Below are positions 37,720-47,464 of a stretch of 64,000 nt of DNA, one piece after another; within the stretch, counting starts at the first letter, position 1, and the number at the start of each line of letters is the position of its first letter. The notes beneath the pieces were generated by a model, which worked only from the letters and a program-made list of their open reading frames with translations, ran no database searches and had not been told where the DNA came from. Origin of the DNA: Candidatus Dojkabacteria bacterium (lineage in GTDB: Bacteria > Patescibacteriota > Dojkabacteria > SC72 > JAFGCJ01); contig JAFGCJ010000002.1 in NCBI GenBank assembly GCA_016932785.1, positions 465,777 through 529,776 on the forward strand, read 5' to 3'. Position numbers and translations under genes: made by a program.

Positions 37720-38100
37720 TCATGTCTTCTCAAGTTTCCTCTTCAATCCTCCAACTGGAAGACTCTTTCCCTTCCTTGTACGAGCGTTATGTCTTGTTCT
37801 CTGCCCTCTGACAGGTAAACCAAGCTTGTGTCTTAGACCACGATAACATCGGATATCCTTCAATCTCTTAACATTTCTAAAAACTTCCTGCCTCAACTCT
37901 CCCTCAAGTTTCATATTTTCAAGTACAGATCTTAACCTTGTCTCCTCATTCGATGTAAGATCTTTTAAATCTTTATCAGGATCAATATTTGCCTTTTCCA
38001 AAATGTTCTTTGACCTAGCTTCCCCAATACCATGAATATAGGTAAGAGATACCCATATCCTCTTATCATCTGGTATTTCGACTCCAACGTATCTTGCCAC
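37720..38100 (-). CDS. rpsM: 30S ribosomal protein S13
   Basis: '[10 protein letters not shown]', 'YIHGIG', '[17 protein letters not shown]'. Confidence 0.9.
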   Translation of the reverse strand: MARYVGVEIPDDKRIWVSLTYIHGIGEARSKNILEKANIDPDKDLKDLTSNEETRLRSVLENMKLEGELRQEVFRNVKRLKDIRCYRGLRHKLGLPVRGQRTRHNARTRKGKSLPVGGLKRKLEKT

Positions 38101-38121
38101 TAAAATTGCGATTAAATAATT

Positions 38122-38241
38122 TTATTTATCCTGCCTCTGTTTATGCTTCGGGTTCTTTTTGCAATATACATACACCTTACCCTTGCGGCGAACCACATAG
38201 CACCACTCGCATCTTTTTTTAACAGAAGCTTTAACCTTCAT
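38122..38241 (-). CDS. rpmJ: 50S ribosomal protein L36
   Basis: Hand translation of the minus strand gives [39 protein letters not shown]; below the ORF-track size cutoff; canonical position between infA and rpsM. Confidence 0.85.
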   Translation of the reverse strand: MKVKASVKKRCEWCYVVRRKGKVYVYCKKNPKHKQRQDK

Positions 38242-38246
38242 CAGAT

Positions 38247-38495
38247 CTATTTCCTATATCTATAAACAATTCTTGCTTTTGTGGGATCGTAAGGGCTTAT
38301 TTCTACTTTAACCTGATCACCTTTTACGATCCTTACGTAGTGCAATCTCATTTTTCCTGAAAGATGTCCCAAAACTTCATGTTTATCACCATTCAGATCT
38401 AAAACAACCTTAAACAAAGCATTAGGAAGGCATTCTTCAACAACGCCCTCCGCCTCGATCTTTTTTCTTTTCTGGTCTTGAGTCAATTCAGGCAT
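38247..38495 (-). CDS. infA: translation initiation factor IF-1
   Basis: '[14 protein letters not shown]', '[28 protein letters not shown]'. Confidence 0.9.
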   Translation of the reverse strand: MPELTQDQKRKKIEAEGVVEECLPNALFKVVLDLNGDKHEVLGHLSGKMRLHYVRIVKGDQVKVEISPYDPTKARIVYRYRK

Positions 38496-38570
38496 ATTTC
38501 TACACTATCCGGAGTATCAAATTTTCCTTTTAGTTCGCTGGATTATAGCAAACAACTCGATCGGTTGCAA

Positions 38571-39311
38571 TCAGACAGGAGTCAAAATTTCCGGCTTTTC
38601 GAGAACAACCACAGTATTTTCAAAAAGCGCAGAAAGCTTACCATCCTTTGTCTTTGTTGTCCAGCCATCTTTTCTCGATATCGTGATCTCATAGGAACCT
38701 TGATTTACTATAGCTTCAATTGCTAAAGTTTGGCCTTCATAAAGCGCTTCGCCTTCTCCAGGATTACCATATCCCGGAATCATAGGTTCCTCGTGAAGTT
38801 TATAGCCTACTCCATGACCAACCATTTCCCTTACCACCGAATAACCTTGTTCCTCTACAGTAGATTGAATTTCATAGCCTATATCACCTACTGTATTACC
38901 CGGTTTAGCTTCTTCTATAGCATTTTCAAGAGCTTTTCCTACAGTTTCAATAAATTTCTCTGCATTCGAAGATATTTTCCCAACTCCAACTGTTCGTGCC
39001 ATATCAAGATAAACACCTTCATACTTAATTCCAAAATCTATGCTAACAATATCTCCTTCCTTAAGCCCTGTTGTTCCTGGAATACCATGAACAACAGTAT
39101 CATTAGGACCTACACAAAGTGTGGCTGGAAAGTCCTGATATCCTTTAAATGCAGGCAAAACCCCCTCCTTATGGCACAAGTCCTCTGCGTATTTATCAAG
39201 TTCCTGTGTAGTAACACCCGGTTTCACAGACACCAGAACCTTTCTAAGGATAGAGGCCGCAATTCTGCCTCCTTCACGCATTTTCTTTATTTTTTCTTCA
39301 TCCTTTCGCAC
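38571..39311 (-). CDS. map: type I methionine aminopeptidase
   Basis: 'VVHGIPG', 'GDIVSIDFG', 'VREMVGHGVG'. The GTG start at 39311 (VRKDEEKIKKMREGG) fits the family N-terminus better than ATG 39365, which overlaps adk by 68 nt. Confidence 0.85.
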   Translation of the reverse strand: MRKDEEKIKKMREGGRIAASILRKVLVSVKPGVTTQELDKYAEDLCHKEGVLPAFKGYQDFPATLCVGPNDTVVHGIPGTTGLKEGDIVSIDFGIKYEGVYLDMARTVGVGKISSNAEKFIETVGKALENAIEEAKPGNTVGDIGYEIQSTVEEQGYSVVREMVGHGVGYKLHEEPMIPGYGNPGEGEALYEGQTLAIEAIVNQGSYEITISRKDGWTTKTKDGKLSALFENTVVVLEKPEILTPV

Positions 39312-39978
39312 CTGTAAGCCTTTCCAAAAGTGTTTTATGAATTTCTTGAATAGACGGTGATGCATCGATTTCGATTAGAATACCGCGCTTTTTATAGATA
39401 TCTAAGACAGGTTTGACTTTATTCTCATACTCTTCCATTCTCTGCATAATTGCCTCAGGATAGTCATCGTCCCTAGTCTCAAGTTTTACCCCACAGTCAT
39501 CACATAATTCATCAATTTTGGGCTTATCGAACTTTAAATGGAAGTCTCTTCCACATTTAGGACAAACACGTCGTAGAGACATTCTCTCAACTGCTGCCTC
39601 TTTAGAAAGAGCAAAATGCACGACTGAATCAAGGGTTCTCCCAACTGACTCCATAAGACCGTCAAAAAGAGGAACCTGTTCAGGTGTTCTTACGACTTGA
39701 GAGAAATACCAGTTTTCCTCTCTATCAAACCTCTTCAGCCATTCCGAAAATAACCTGTAGACCAATTCGTCCGGAACCCATATTCCCTTTTTTACATATT
39801 CATATGCCTCAACACTCCCATCAACCTTCTCTTCGTACAGAGTTCTAAACATGTCACCAGTACCAATATTTTTCCCACCGCATTTTTCAGCCAGAAGGTC
39901 TATCTGAGTATCTTTTCCACTACCAGAAGGTCCAAGAAATAGTATTGTTTTAGGAATTTTCTTACAAATAGCTTTCAT
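39298..39978 (-). CDS. adk: adenylate kinase (zinc-lid type)
   Basis: P-loop 'LGPSGSGKDT' and lid 'CPKCGRDFH...CDDCG'. Confidence 0.9.
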   Translation of the reverse strand: MKAICKKIPKTILFLGPSGSGKDTQIDLLAEKCGGKNIGTGDMFRTLYEEKVDGSVEAYEYVKKGIWVPDELVYRLFSEWLKRFDREENWYFSQVVRTPEQVPLFDGLMESVGRTLDSVVHFALSKEAAVERMSLRRVCPKCGRDFHLKFDKPKIDELCDDCGVKLETRDDDYPEAIMQRMEEYENKVKPVLDIYKKRGILIEIDASPSIQEIHKTLLERLTGAKG

Positions 39979-41239
39979 AACTCCTTGTTACTACCATAGA
40001 TTCAACCTGTCGCTTCATATCAAGCATTGTTCCAACAACAATCAATAGTCCGGTGCCGCTAATAATATTACTGGATATAATATCAAGTTCTTTGGCAATA
40101 GAAGGTAAAACAGCTATTACGGCAAGAAAAACTGCACCCGATATAGAAAGTCTCGCAGCTGATGCCGTCAGATATTGCACTGTGCTATGCCCTGGCCTTA
40201 CACCCGGAATAAAAGCAGCTTGTTTTTGAAGATTTTCAGCAATTTTGGCAGGATTAAATACAATGAAGGTGTAAAACATTGAGAAGACGATTATCAAAAT
40301 AACCAATGTAACATTGTATATATAGGGATTATCAAGTTGAGTAACAAGCCATTCAGAAGTATTCTTTATGAAATCGGGAATTTTATCACTGGTCAAAAAT
40401 CTAGCTATTAATTGAGGAAAGGACAACATTGAAATCGCGAATATTACAGGCATGACTCCGGATTGATTAAGTTTTAACGGTATATGACTCTCTGCTGCAG
40501 CACCAATTGATCTCACCCTTCTAGCAAACTGTATTGGTACCTGCCTTTCTGCCTGTGTAATAAATACTATTGCCAGAACCAAAATTATGGCAGAGACAAC
40601 AAGAATAAGGACCTCCAATTCGTCCATCGCTGCAACATTGTTTTTAACACTTCCTGGAATCCCAGCAAGGATACCGAGTGCAATTATTAGAGAGCTTCCC
40701 CCTCCAAGCCCAGACTCAGAAATAAGCTCCCCCAGCCACATCATAATCAACGCGCCACCTGTCAGCGTAGCTACCATCAAGGTAAGATCAAGAGCCCCAA
40801 GTTCCTCCATAATTCCAAACTGTCTCAGACCTGTATAAATAACAAAAGATTGAAGAACAGCCAAAGGAACTGTCAAAAAACGCGTGTACATATTTATCAT
40901 CTTTCGCCCCTGCTCACCTTCCTTCTGAAGCTCCTCAAGTTTAGGTATCACAGAACTCAGTAATTGAAGAATTACTGATGCATTAATGTATGGTCCTAAA
41001 CCTATCGCTACAATAGTAGCATTCTCAAGAACTCCACCTGAGACCATAGACAGAACCTCACCAAATCCCAGATCACCGAACAGATCCTTAAGGGAATCTA
41101 GCGGAACACCTGGTACCGGAACGGCTGCCATCAACCGAAAAACTACAAGAATAATAAGGGAAAACCAGATTTTGTCTCGTATTTCCTTATTTTTCCAGAT
41201 CGATACAATTTTTTCTCGAAATTTTGAGAGGTCCGACAA
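39962..41239 (-). CDS. secY: preprotein translocase subunit SecY
   Basis: 425-aa, 10-TM protein in the canonical spc-operon position. Confidence 0.9.
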   Translation of the reverse strand: MSDLSKFREKIVSIWKNKEIRDKIWFSLIILVVFRLMAAVPVPGVPLDSLKDLFGDLGFGEVLSMVSGGVLENATIVAIGLGPYINASVILQLLSSVIPKLEELQKEGEQGRKMINMYTRFLTVPLAVLQSFVIYTGLRQFGIMEELGALDLTLMVATLTGGALIMMWLGELISESGLGGGSSLIIALGILAGIPGSVKNNVAAMDELEVLILVVSAIILVLAIVFITQAERQVPIQFARRVRSIGAAAESHIPLKLNQSGVMPVIFAISMLSFPQLIARFLTSDKIPDFIKNTSEWLVTQLDNPYIYNVTLVILIIVFSMFYTFIVFNPAKIAENLQKQAAFIPGVRPGHSTVQYLTASAARLSISGAVFLAVIAVLPSIAKELDIISSNIISGTGLLIVVGTMLDMKRQVESMVVTRSYESYL

Positions 41240-41256
41240 AATAATGCCGATTTATT

Positions 41257-41703
41257 TTACTTGCTCTTTTTCGCCTTTTTCTCGTGAGTTCTCTTAAATG
41301 CTGCTTCTGAGAACTCTACATCCTTAAATTTCAAACTCTTCTTCAAATCACCTTTAGCCAAAATCTTTACATTCTTTGTTCTTTTTTTGATAAGTCCTTT
41401 ATCACGCAAAGTCTTGAGTGAAACAGTCTCTCCTGCCTTATAGTTCTGCTCAAGTGTAGATAAATTAACCGGCTCATACTCAACCCTGGTAACATTTCTG
41501 AATCCCCTAAACTTCGGAATTCTTCTATACAGCGGGACATTACCACCCTCAAATCCGACCTTCTTCGAATATCCAGCTCTCGTCTTCTGTCCTTTCTGCC
41601 CAAAACTACAGGTATGACCACCTTTTCCTGAGCCATAACCTCTTCCTACCCTTTTTGAAGGCATAGTCCTATTTTTTCTCTTTTTTAGCGCGTGAAGCTC
41701 CAT
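41257..41703 (-). CDS. rplO: 50S ribosomal protein L15
   Basis: 'KRVGRGYGSGKGGHT'. Confidence 0.9.
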   Translation of the reverse strand: MELHALKKRKNRTMPSKRVGRGYGSGKGGHTCSFGQKGQKTRAGYSKKVGFEGGNVPLYRRIPKFRGFRNVTRVEYEPVNLSTLEQNYKAGETVSLKTLRDKGLIKKRTKNVKILAKGDLKKSLKFKDVEFSEAAFKRTHEKKAKKSK

Positions 41704-42274
41704 CTTTCTTTGAATTATCTAATTTTCTTTTCAGATTTTTGGATTTTCTTTCAATGATTCTTGTTTTATCAAGCATTTTCAAAGCCTTGAAGGCACAGTA
41801 GGCGTTAGTTATGGGATTTCTACTACCAAGCTGCTTAGAGAGAACGTTTCGAACACCTGCCAGCTCAAGAACTGATCTCACTGCATTGCTCGCAATAACA
41901 CCTGTACCAGGACCCGCTGGCTTAATAATAAGCTTTGAAGCCCTGTACTTAGCATAAACCTCATGAGGAATAGTATCTCCAATAAGATCTACGCGAACAA
42001 CATCGGAGCTTGCACGTTTTGTCGCTTTTTCAAGCGCACTACGAGGATCGACACCTCGGCCAAGAGCTACTCCAACCCGTCCCTTCCTGTCTCCCACAGC
42101 AACAACCGCGCTGAATCGCAACCTTTTGGCACCGGCTCGAACTTTAGCAACCCTTCTTAGTTTAATCAACTTCCTTTCAAACTCGCCCTCTCTCTGCCGT
42201 CTCCTATTATCTCTACCCTTTTTCCGGTCACGAGATCCTCTATTTATTCTTTGGTTTCTTCTCTGTTCAGGCAT
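41669..42274 (-). CDS. rpsE: 30S ribosomal protein S5 (Arg-rich N-terminal and Lys-rich C-terminal extensions)
   Basis: 'RRVAKVRAGAKRLRFSAVVAVGD' and 'IIKPAGPGTGVIA'. It overlaps rplO by 35 nt, leaving no room for rpmD. Confidence 0.9.
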   Translation of the reverse strand: MPEQRRNQRINRGSRDRKKGRDNRRRQREGEFERKLIKLRRVAKVRAGAKRLRFSAVVAVGDRKGRVGVALGRGVDPRSALEKATKRASSDVVRVDLIGDTIPHEVYAKYRASKLIIKPAGPGTGVIASNAVRSVLELAGVRNVLSKQLGSRNPITNAYCAFKALKMLDKTRIIERKSKNLKRKLDNSKKDGASRAKKEKK

Positions 42275-42284
42275 TACCTAGAAA

Positions 42285-42638
42285 TTAAAACTTAAATCCT
42301 GATTTTCTAAGCCCTTCGGCAAAGGCCTTTATTCTACCATGATACTTATAGCCCGCCCTATCAAAAACAAGAGTTTCCACTTTATTCTTTTTTATCAACT
42401 TGCCAAATTCAACTCCCATCCTCTCTGCTCTATCAACCGGTTTCTCATCTTTTTCAGGTTTAATAACCTTCTCTGAAAGGCCACAGCACACTTTCATCTC
42501 TTCGTCGTTAACTAGCTGAGCAAACAAATAACGATTGCTCTTATAAATAGAGACTCTCGGCTTTTCTGATGTCCCTTCAATATTTTTTCTAATATGAAGC
42601 TTTCTTCTATTTCTTTTTTCTCTTCTCGTCTTAGTCAT
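42285..42638 (-). CDS. rplR: 50S ribosomal protein L18
   Basis: 'PRVSIYKSNRYLFAQL' and 'FDRAGYKYHGRIKAFAEG'. Confidence 0.9.
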   Translation of the reverse strand: MTKTRREKRNRRKLHIRKNIEGTSEKPRVSIYKSNRYLFAQLVNDEEMKVCCGLSEKVIKPEKDEKPVDRAERMGVEFGKLIKKNKVETLVFDRAGYKYHGRIKAFAEGLRKSGFKF

Positions 42639-42639
42639 T

Positions 42640-43194
42640 CTAGGATTCCTCCTTTACAGTTTTACTTGTTTTTCTTCTAATAATTTCATCAACATATTTA
42701 ATACCTTTACCTTTGTATGGCTCTGGTTTCCTTATTGATCGTATTTTTGCAGCCCACAAACCGACTAATTGCTTGTCTATGCCAGAGACCTCGACAAAAA
42801 CAGTATCTTTCACAGCAAATTTTATCCCCTCTGGGGGTTCTACTTTTATTGGATGGGTCCAGCCAAGGTGCATAACTAGTGTATCCCCTTCCATATTGGC
42901 ACGATAACCCATACCAACAAGCTCCAGCTCCTTCTTATAACCATTCTTAACACCATAAATCATATTACTGATAAGCATCCTAATAGTGCCATGGTCCGAT
43001 CCAGCCTGTTTACCACCTCGCTTGGTCTCAACGATTACCTCATCGTTCTCTGCTTTTACAGAGACTGTGCTTGGAGTTCTGAGCTTAAGTTCACCCAGCG
43101 GTCCCTTAACATCAACCTCATGAGTACTAACCTTTACCTCAACTCCATCTTCAATTTTGATTGGTTTAATTCCAATTCTTGACATATTTACCAA
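42640..43194 (-). CDS. rplF: 50S ribosomal protein L6
   Basis: 'MSRIGIKPIKI' (alternative start at 43185) and 'GYRANMEGDTL'. Confidence 0.9.
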   Translation of the reverse strand: MVNMSRIGIKPIKIEDGVEVKVSTHEVDVKGPLGELKLRTPSTVSVKAENDEVIVETKRGGKQAGSDHGTIRMLISNMIYGVKNGYKKELELVGMGYRANMEGDTLVMHLGWTHPIKVEPPEGIKFAVKDTVFVEVSGIDKQLVGLWAAKIRSIRKPEPYKGKGIKYVDEIIRRKTSKTVKEES

Positions 43195-43571
43195 ATTTCA
43201 CATAAATATTCTCCGCCAAGTTTTTCATTCCTTGCCTTGGACCCTGTCATTAGTCCTCTAGATGTACTTACTATCGCTATTCCCCGTCCTCCCATTACTA
43301 GAGAGAGCTCACGCCAGCCTACGTATATTCTCTGTCCAGTTTTGGAAACCCTCTTGAGTTCAGTTATCCCAGGTTTCCTACCGTCATATCTAAGCTCAAC
43401 CTCAATCTCATCATCTTTATCCTTATAATCCCTAATGAATTCTTCCTCTTTTAATATCTTCAAGATATCTTCAGTTATCTTATTCTTGTGCAACATAACA
43501 GCCTCTTTCCGAACCATAGACGCATTTCTTATTTGTGTAAGCATATCGGCTATTCGATCCATAAAAATCAA
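43188..43571 (-). CDS. rpsH: 30S ribosomal protein S8
   Basis: 'DRIADMLTQIRNA' (start 43571 or 43562). Confidence 0.9.
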   Translation of the reverse strand: MIFMDRIADMLTQIRNASMVRKEAVMLHKNKITEDILKILKEEEFIRDYKDKDDEIEVELRYDGRKPGITELKRVSKTGQRIYVGWRELSLVMGGRGIAIVSTSRGLMTGSKARNEKLGGEYLCEIW

Positions 43572-43582
43572 CCTAAATTAAT

Positions 43583-43777
43583 TTACCAACTTGACTTAAC
43601 TACACCGGGTATATGTCCCTTATGCGCGAGCTGCCTAAAACAGATCCTGCACAAGCCGAATTTTCTCATATATCCTCTTGCTCTTCCACATCTTTTACAT
43701 CTTGTGTATGAACGTGTAGAAAATTTCGATTTTTTCTGTAATTTCTTCTGCTTTGCAATACTAGCTTTTCTTGCCAT
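43583..43777 (-). CDS. rpsN: 30S ribosomal protein S14 (zinc-binding type Z)
   Basis: '[12 protein letters not shown]' and '[22 protein letters not shown]'. Confidence 0.9.
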   Translation of the reverse strand: MARKASIAKQKKLQKKSKFSTRSYTRCKRCGRARGYMRKFGLCRICFRQLAHKGHIPGVVKSSW

Positions 43778-44324
43778 TTTCTTTAAAAGGAAAACCAAAC
43801 TTATCTAGAAGAGCTTTTGAGTGTTCATCGGAAATAGAATTTATTTCCATAGTAATTTCCAATCCCCTCAATGCAGTAACATCATTGGGATTAATTTCTG
43901 GAAAAACTGTCTGTTCCTTGATTCCTATATTAAGGTTCCCGCTACCATCAAAAGAATCGGCAGAAATACCACGAAAGTCCTTGGTTCTGGGAAAAATAAC
44001 ATTAATAAGCTTGTCTATAAATTCCCACATTCTTCTACCTCTAAGTGTAACCTTCATACCGACAACATCACCTTTTCTCACCTTAAAACCTGCTACAGCC
44101 TTTCTTGCAAGGGTTCTAACTGGCTTCTGCCCAGCGATTAGAGCCATCTCCTTCTCGATCTCATCCACCACGCCTTTATCGCCCCCTGCTGAACCAATTC
44201 CCATATTGAAAACAACCTTCTCGAACCTAGGAACCATCATGGCATTATCAAGACCCAGCTCTTTCTGTAGCTGTGCCCTAACTTCTTTATCATATTTTTC
44301 TTTAAGTCTCGGCTCGTTCTTCAT
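43761..44324 (-). CDS. rplE: 50S ribosomal protein L5
   Basis: '[13 protein letters not shown]' and '[15 protein letters not shown]'. Confidence 0.9.
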   Translation of the reverse strand: MKNEPRLKEKYDKEVRAQLQKELGLDNAMMVPRFEKVVFNMGIGSAGGDKGVVDEIEKEMALIAGQKPVRTLARKAVAGFKVRKGDVVGMKVTLRGRRMWEFIDKLINVIFPRTKDFRGISADSFDGSGNLNIGIKEQTVFPEINPNDVTALRGLEITMEINSISDEHSKALLDKFGFPFKENGKKS

Positions 44325-44328
44325 TTAA

Positions 44329-44793
44329 TTATTTCTTAGATTTTTTAGAATTAGAAGCTTTCTTTGACTTTTTTGAACTCTTAACGGCCTTACCCTTCTT
44401 CGCAGAAGACTTTCTGGCGGTTCGCCTTCCGGTTTTCTTTTTCGGGGTAGATTCTTTTTTCTGCTTACCCGTTTGTTTGTTTCCATCAATACTCTTCTTA
44501 CATTTTTTACATACTCTCTGTTTTCCACCTTTTTCATCAATTTCAAACCCTATCCTTGAAGTCTCCCCACAGGCTGGACAGACAAGTTGAACATTCGAAA
44601 CAGAAATCGGCTTTGATATTTCGACAATAGCAGACTCTTTCTTTTGTCCATCGCCTTTAATATGTTTTTTATAAACATTACAGCCTTCCACGACAACCAC
44701 ACTCTCGGAAGGAAGAACCCTCAAAACTTTACCAGTTCTCCCAGAATCCTTACCAATAGCAATCTTAACTGTATCTCCTTTTCTTATTTTCAT
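44329..44793 (-). CDS. rplX: 50S ribosomal protein L24 with a Cys4 motif and a Lys-rich C-terminal tail
   Basis: KOW 'IRKGDTVKIAIGKDSGRTGKV', 'CPAC...CKKC', then about 50 aa of K/S-rich tail. Confidence 0.85.
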   Translation of the reverse strand: MKIRKGDTVKIAIGKDSGRTGKVLRVLPSESVVVVEGCNVYKKHIKGDGQKKESAIVEISKPISVSNVQLVCPACGETSRIGFEIDEKGGKQRVCKKCKKSIDGNKQTGKQKKESTPKKKTGRRTARKSSAKKGKAVKSSKKSKKASNSKKSKK

Positions 44794-45164
44794 AATACCT
44801 CCGGTGCAAGAGAAATTATCTTATCATAACCAAGTTCCTTTAACTCACGAGCCACAGGGCCGAAAATTCTTGTACCCTTAGGCAGCTTGCTTCCAGGACT
44901 CTGAAGGATTACTCCTGCATTGTCATCAAATCTCACATACGATCCATCTTTTCTCCTAAATTCCTTGCTTACACGAACTATTACCGCAACCTCTTTTGAA
45001 TGTTCCTCAGAAAGGCCCTTGGGTATAGCCTTTACAATAGTAACTCTTACCACATCCCCAATACTGGCAAACCTTCGTGAAGAACTGCCAGGTATTCCAA
45101 TTACCATTGCCCTTCTTGCTCCTGTATTATCAGTTATTTTTAAAACTGTTCCTTTTTGAATCAC
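44790..45164 (-). CDS. rplN: 50S ribosomal protein L14
   Basis: 'MIQKGTVLKITDNTGAR'. Confidence 0.9.
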   Translation of the reverse strand: MIQKGTVLKITDNTGARRAMVIGIPGSSSRRFASIGDVVRVTIVKAIPKGLSEEHSKEVAVIVRVSKEFRRKDGSYVRFDDNAGVILQSPGSKLPKGTRIFGPVARELKELGYDKIISLAPEVL

Positions 45165-45412
45165 TTTTTTTCCTCTTTTTCATCTAAAACACGAACAACT
45201 CTCCATCTTTTTGTCTTCGATATTGGTTTCATTTCTTCTATCTCAACAGACTTTCCTACCTCAACCGGCTCCCTAGTATCAGCGTAATATGTTTTATGTA
45301 CAGTTATTCTTTTATGATACTTCTCATGAGCCCTAACTGACTGAACTCTAACCCTCACTGTATTTTGGGACTTTGACCCAATCACTTCTCCAATAAGCCT
45401 AGTTTTTGGCAT
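45161..45412 (-). CDS. rpsQ: 30S ribosomal protein S17
   Basis: 'HEKYHKRITVHKTYYA' and operon order. Confidence 0.9.
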   Translation of the reverse strand: MPKTRLIGEVIGSKSQNTVRVRVQSVRAHEKYHKRITVHKTYYADTREPVEVGKSVEIEEMKPISKTKRWRVVRVLDEKEEKK

Positions 45413-45626
45413 CTTTTTTGTCTTTCTTTAAGTTATCTGCTTCCTTTTTTTCTTCAATAATTGTCTTTAAAACAGCAAGTTCTTTTCTCTTACTCCTAGG
45501 TTCACGTACATTCTGAACTTTGCCCATTCTTAAATCCAGATAAAGTTTGGACACTTCATCTTCCATCTCCTTGACCATCTTCTCCAATTCTTCAGTTTTC
45601 TTCGATCTTAATTCATCAAATTTCAT
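45399..45626 (-). CDS. rpmC: 50S ribosomal protein L29
   Basis: 'LRSKKTEELEKMVKEMEDEVSKL' and operon order. Confidence 0.85.
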   Translation of the reverse strand: MKFDELRSKKTEELEKMVKEMEDEVSKLYLDLRMGKVQNVREPRSKRKELAVLKTIIEEKKEADNLKKDKKDAKN

Positions 45627-46039
45627 TATATTTCTGTCTTTTTAATAATTCTTGTTTTAATAGGAAGCTTATGAGAAGCCAACCTGAAGGCCTCCCTGGC
45701 AATAGATTCTATTACCCCTCCAAGCTCAAAGAGTACTCTTCCCGGTCTAACTACTGCCACATAACCTTCTATATCTCCTTTTCCTTTACCCATCTTCACA
45801 TCATTTGGTTTCTTGGTAAAAGGCTTATCAGGGAAAACTCTCAGCCAGACTTTTCCTCTTCTCTTAATGTGCCCGGTAATAACTCGTCTCGCCGATTCCA
45901 ACTGCCTATCCGTTACCCAACCGCACTCCTTACTCTGCAAACCATACTCCCCAAAATCAACACTGTTCGCGGCTGAGGATATCCCGCCCATCTTTCCCCT
46001 AAACTGTTTTCTATATTTTGACTTCTTTGGTTGTAGCAT
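45626..46039 (-). CDS. rplP: 50S ribosomal protein L16
   Basis: 'MLQPKKSKYRKQFRG' and 'RMGKGKG'-like 'KMGKGKGDIEGYVA'. Confidence 0.9.
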   Translation of the reverse strand: MLQPKKSKYRKQFRGKMGGISSAANSVDFGEYGLQSKECGWVTDRQLESARRVITGHIKRRGKVWLRVFPDKPFTKKPNDVKMGKGKGDIEGYVAVVRPGRVLFELGGVIESIAREAFRLASHKLPIKTRIIKKTEI

Positions 46040-46040
46040 T

Positions 46041-46697
46041 TTATTCTACTGATTCACTTTTATTATCTTCCTCTTGATCCTCCCTATAAACCCAAACACG
46101 AACCCCCCTCAGCCCCTCATTTCTTATAGGAACGGCAACTGTTGCAAAATCGATATTCGACCTCAATGTTTGTAAAGGTATATTACCCTCGGTAAGCTTC
46201 ATTGTTCTGCTCTGTTTAGGAACACCAAAGTCACCCGAGACCCAAATCCTTACACCTTTTGCACCAGCCTGTATCGCTTTATCTTTTTCTATACTCATCA
46301 TTTTCTTTGGTGACTGACCTCTTTGCATTCCTTCGGCAACACTGTTAGCAATAATTCTGGCAGACAGTTCCGGCTTTCTAACTTCATTAATTTTTATATC
46401 AATGTTCGACTTGATCTTCCTGGAAAGATACTTCTTTATCTCATCTATTCCCTCCCCGCCTCGTCCAATAGCTACTCCGGGTCTTGCAACGTAAGCATTT
46501 ACCTGTATGTTATTTGTAGAACGAGCTATCTCAACACGGTCAAGGCCTGCCATTTTAAGTTTTTGAGTAACATATTCACGTATCTTAATGTCTTCATGAA
46601 GCTTATCTTTATAGTTCTTATCATCGGCATACCACATTGACTTCCAAGTCTTTCCTATACCCAGTCTCATTGCATTAGGGTTCATCTTTTGTCCCAT
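46041..46697 (-). CDS. rpsC: 30S ribosomal protein S3
   Basis: 'MGQKMNPNAMRLG' (start 46697 preferred over 46712) and KH domain 'RPGVAIGRGGEGI'. Confidence 0.9.
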   Translation of the reverse strand: MGQKMNPNAMRLGIGKTWKSMWYADDKNYKDKLHEDIKIREYVTQKLKMAGLDRVEIARSTNNIQVNAYVARPGVAIGRGGEGIDEIKKYLSRKIKSNIDIKINEVRKPELSARIIANSVAEGMQRGQSPKKMMSIEKDKAIQAGAKGVRIWVSGDFGVPKQSRTMKLTEGNIPLQTLRSNIDFATVAVPIRNEGLRGVRVWVYREDQEEDNKSESVE

Positions 46698-46698
46698 T

Positions 46699-47124
46699 CT
46701 AAACTTCCTCACTCAACTCAATTAAAACGTGAGATCTTCTTCTCACATATTTATGGACTCTACCACGAGAAGCAAATCTATATCTCGGCATCTTGATACC
46801 CTCATCTACAGTAAGTTTACTTACCACCAAAGACTTGGGGTCAAGATCAAAATTGTGTTCTGCATTCGCGACAGCCGATTTTAGCAGTTTTTTCAATTCT
46901 TTAGCACCTCTTTTATTCGTATACTCAAGAATCTCCTGAGCCTTTTCCACTCTTTCACCCCTTATCAGATCTGCGACAAGACGAAGTTTTTGAGGTGAGG
47001 ATATGATATTCTTACCTCTCGCAGAAACAACTACGGAACCTGATTCAATAGTTCTATTTACTGCCGGTTTCGCCTGTGCTTCTTCTTTTCTTTTGGTTGT
47101 TTTTGTAGTCTTTTTCTCAGCCAC
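46699..47124 (-). CDS. rplV: 50S ribosomal protein L22 (basic N-terminal extension)
   Basis: 'SPQKLRLVADLIRG' and 'ASRGRVHKYVRRRSHV'. Confidence 0.9.
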   Translation of the reverse strand: MAEKKTTKTTKRKEEAQAKPAVNRTIESGSVVVSARGKNIISSPQKLRLVADLIRGERVEKAQEILEYTNKRGAKELKKLLKSAVANAEHNFDLDPKSLVVSKLTVDEGIKMPRYRFASRGRVHKYVRRRSHVLIELSEEV

Positions 47125-47141
47125 AATTATTTATTAAATAT

Positions 47142-47447
47142 TTATTCTTCAAAACGTCCAGATCCACCATAAACCTTCGAAAGCTTACCTTTCTTGGCAT
47201 GCCCTTTCCATGTTCTGGTAGGTGCGAATTCTCCTAGCTTATGTCCAACCATTGATTCATTAATAAAGACAGGTACATGTTTCTTTCCGTCATGAACCGA
47301 TATTGTAAGGCCAACCATCTCTGGAGTAATAGTAGATCTTCTCGACCAAGTCTTTATTTCAGCAGATCCACCAGACTCGCGAGCCTTTGTCACTTTTTTT
47401 ATTAACTTTTCATCTACAAATGGTCCTTTTTTTAGTGATCTAGACAT
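47142..47447 (-). CDS. rpsS: 30S ribosomal protein S19
   Basis: '[11 protein letters not shown]' and '[23 protein letters not shown]'. Confidence 0.9.
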   Translation of the reverse strand: MSRSLKKGPFVDEKLIKKVTKARESGGSAEIKTWSRRSTITPEMVGLTISVHDGKKHVPVFINESMVGHKLGEFAPTRTWKGHAKKGKLSKVYGGSGRFEE

Positions 47448-47464
47448 TACTTATTTGTTTAAAA

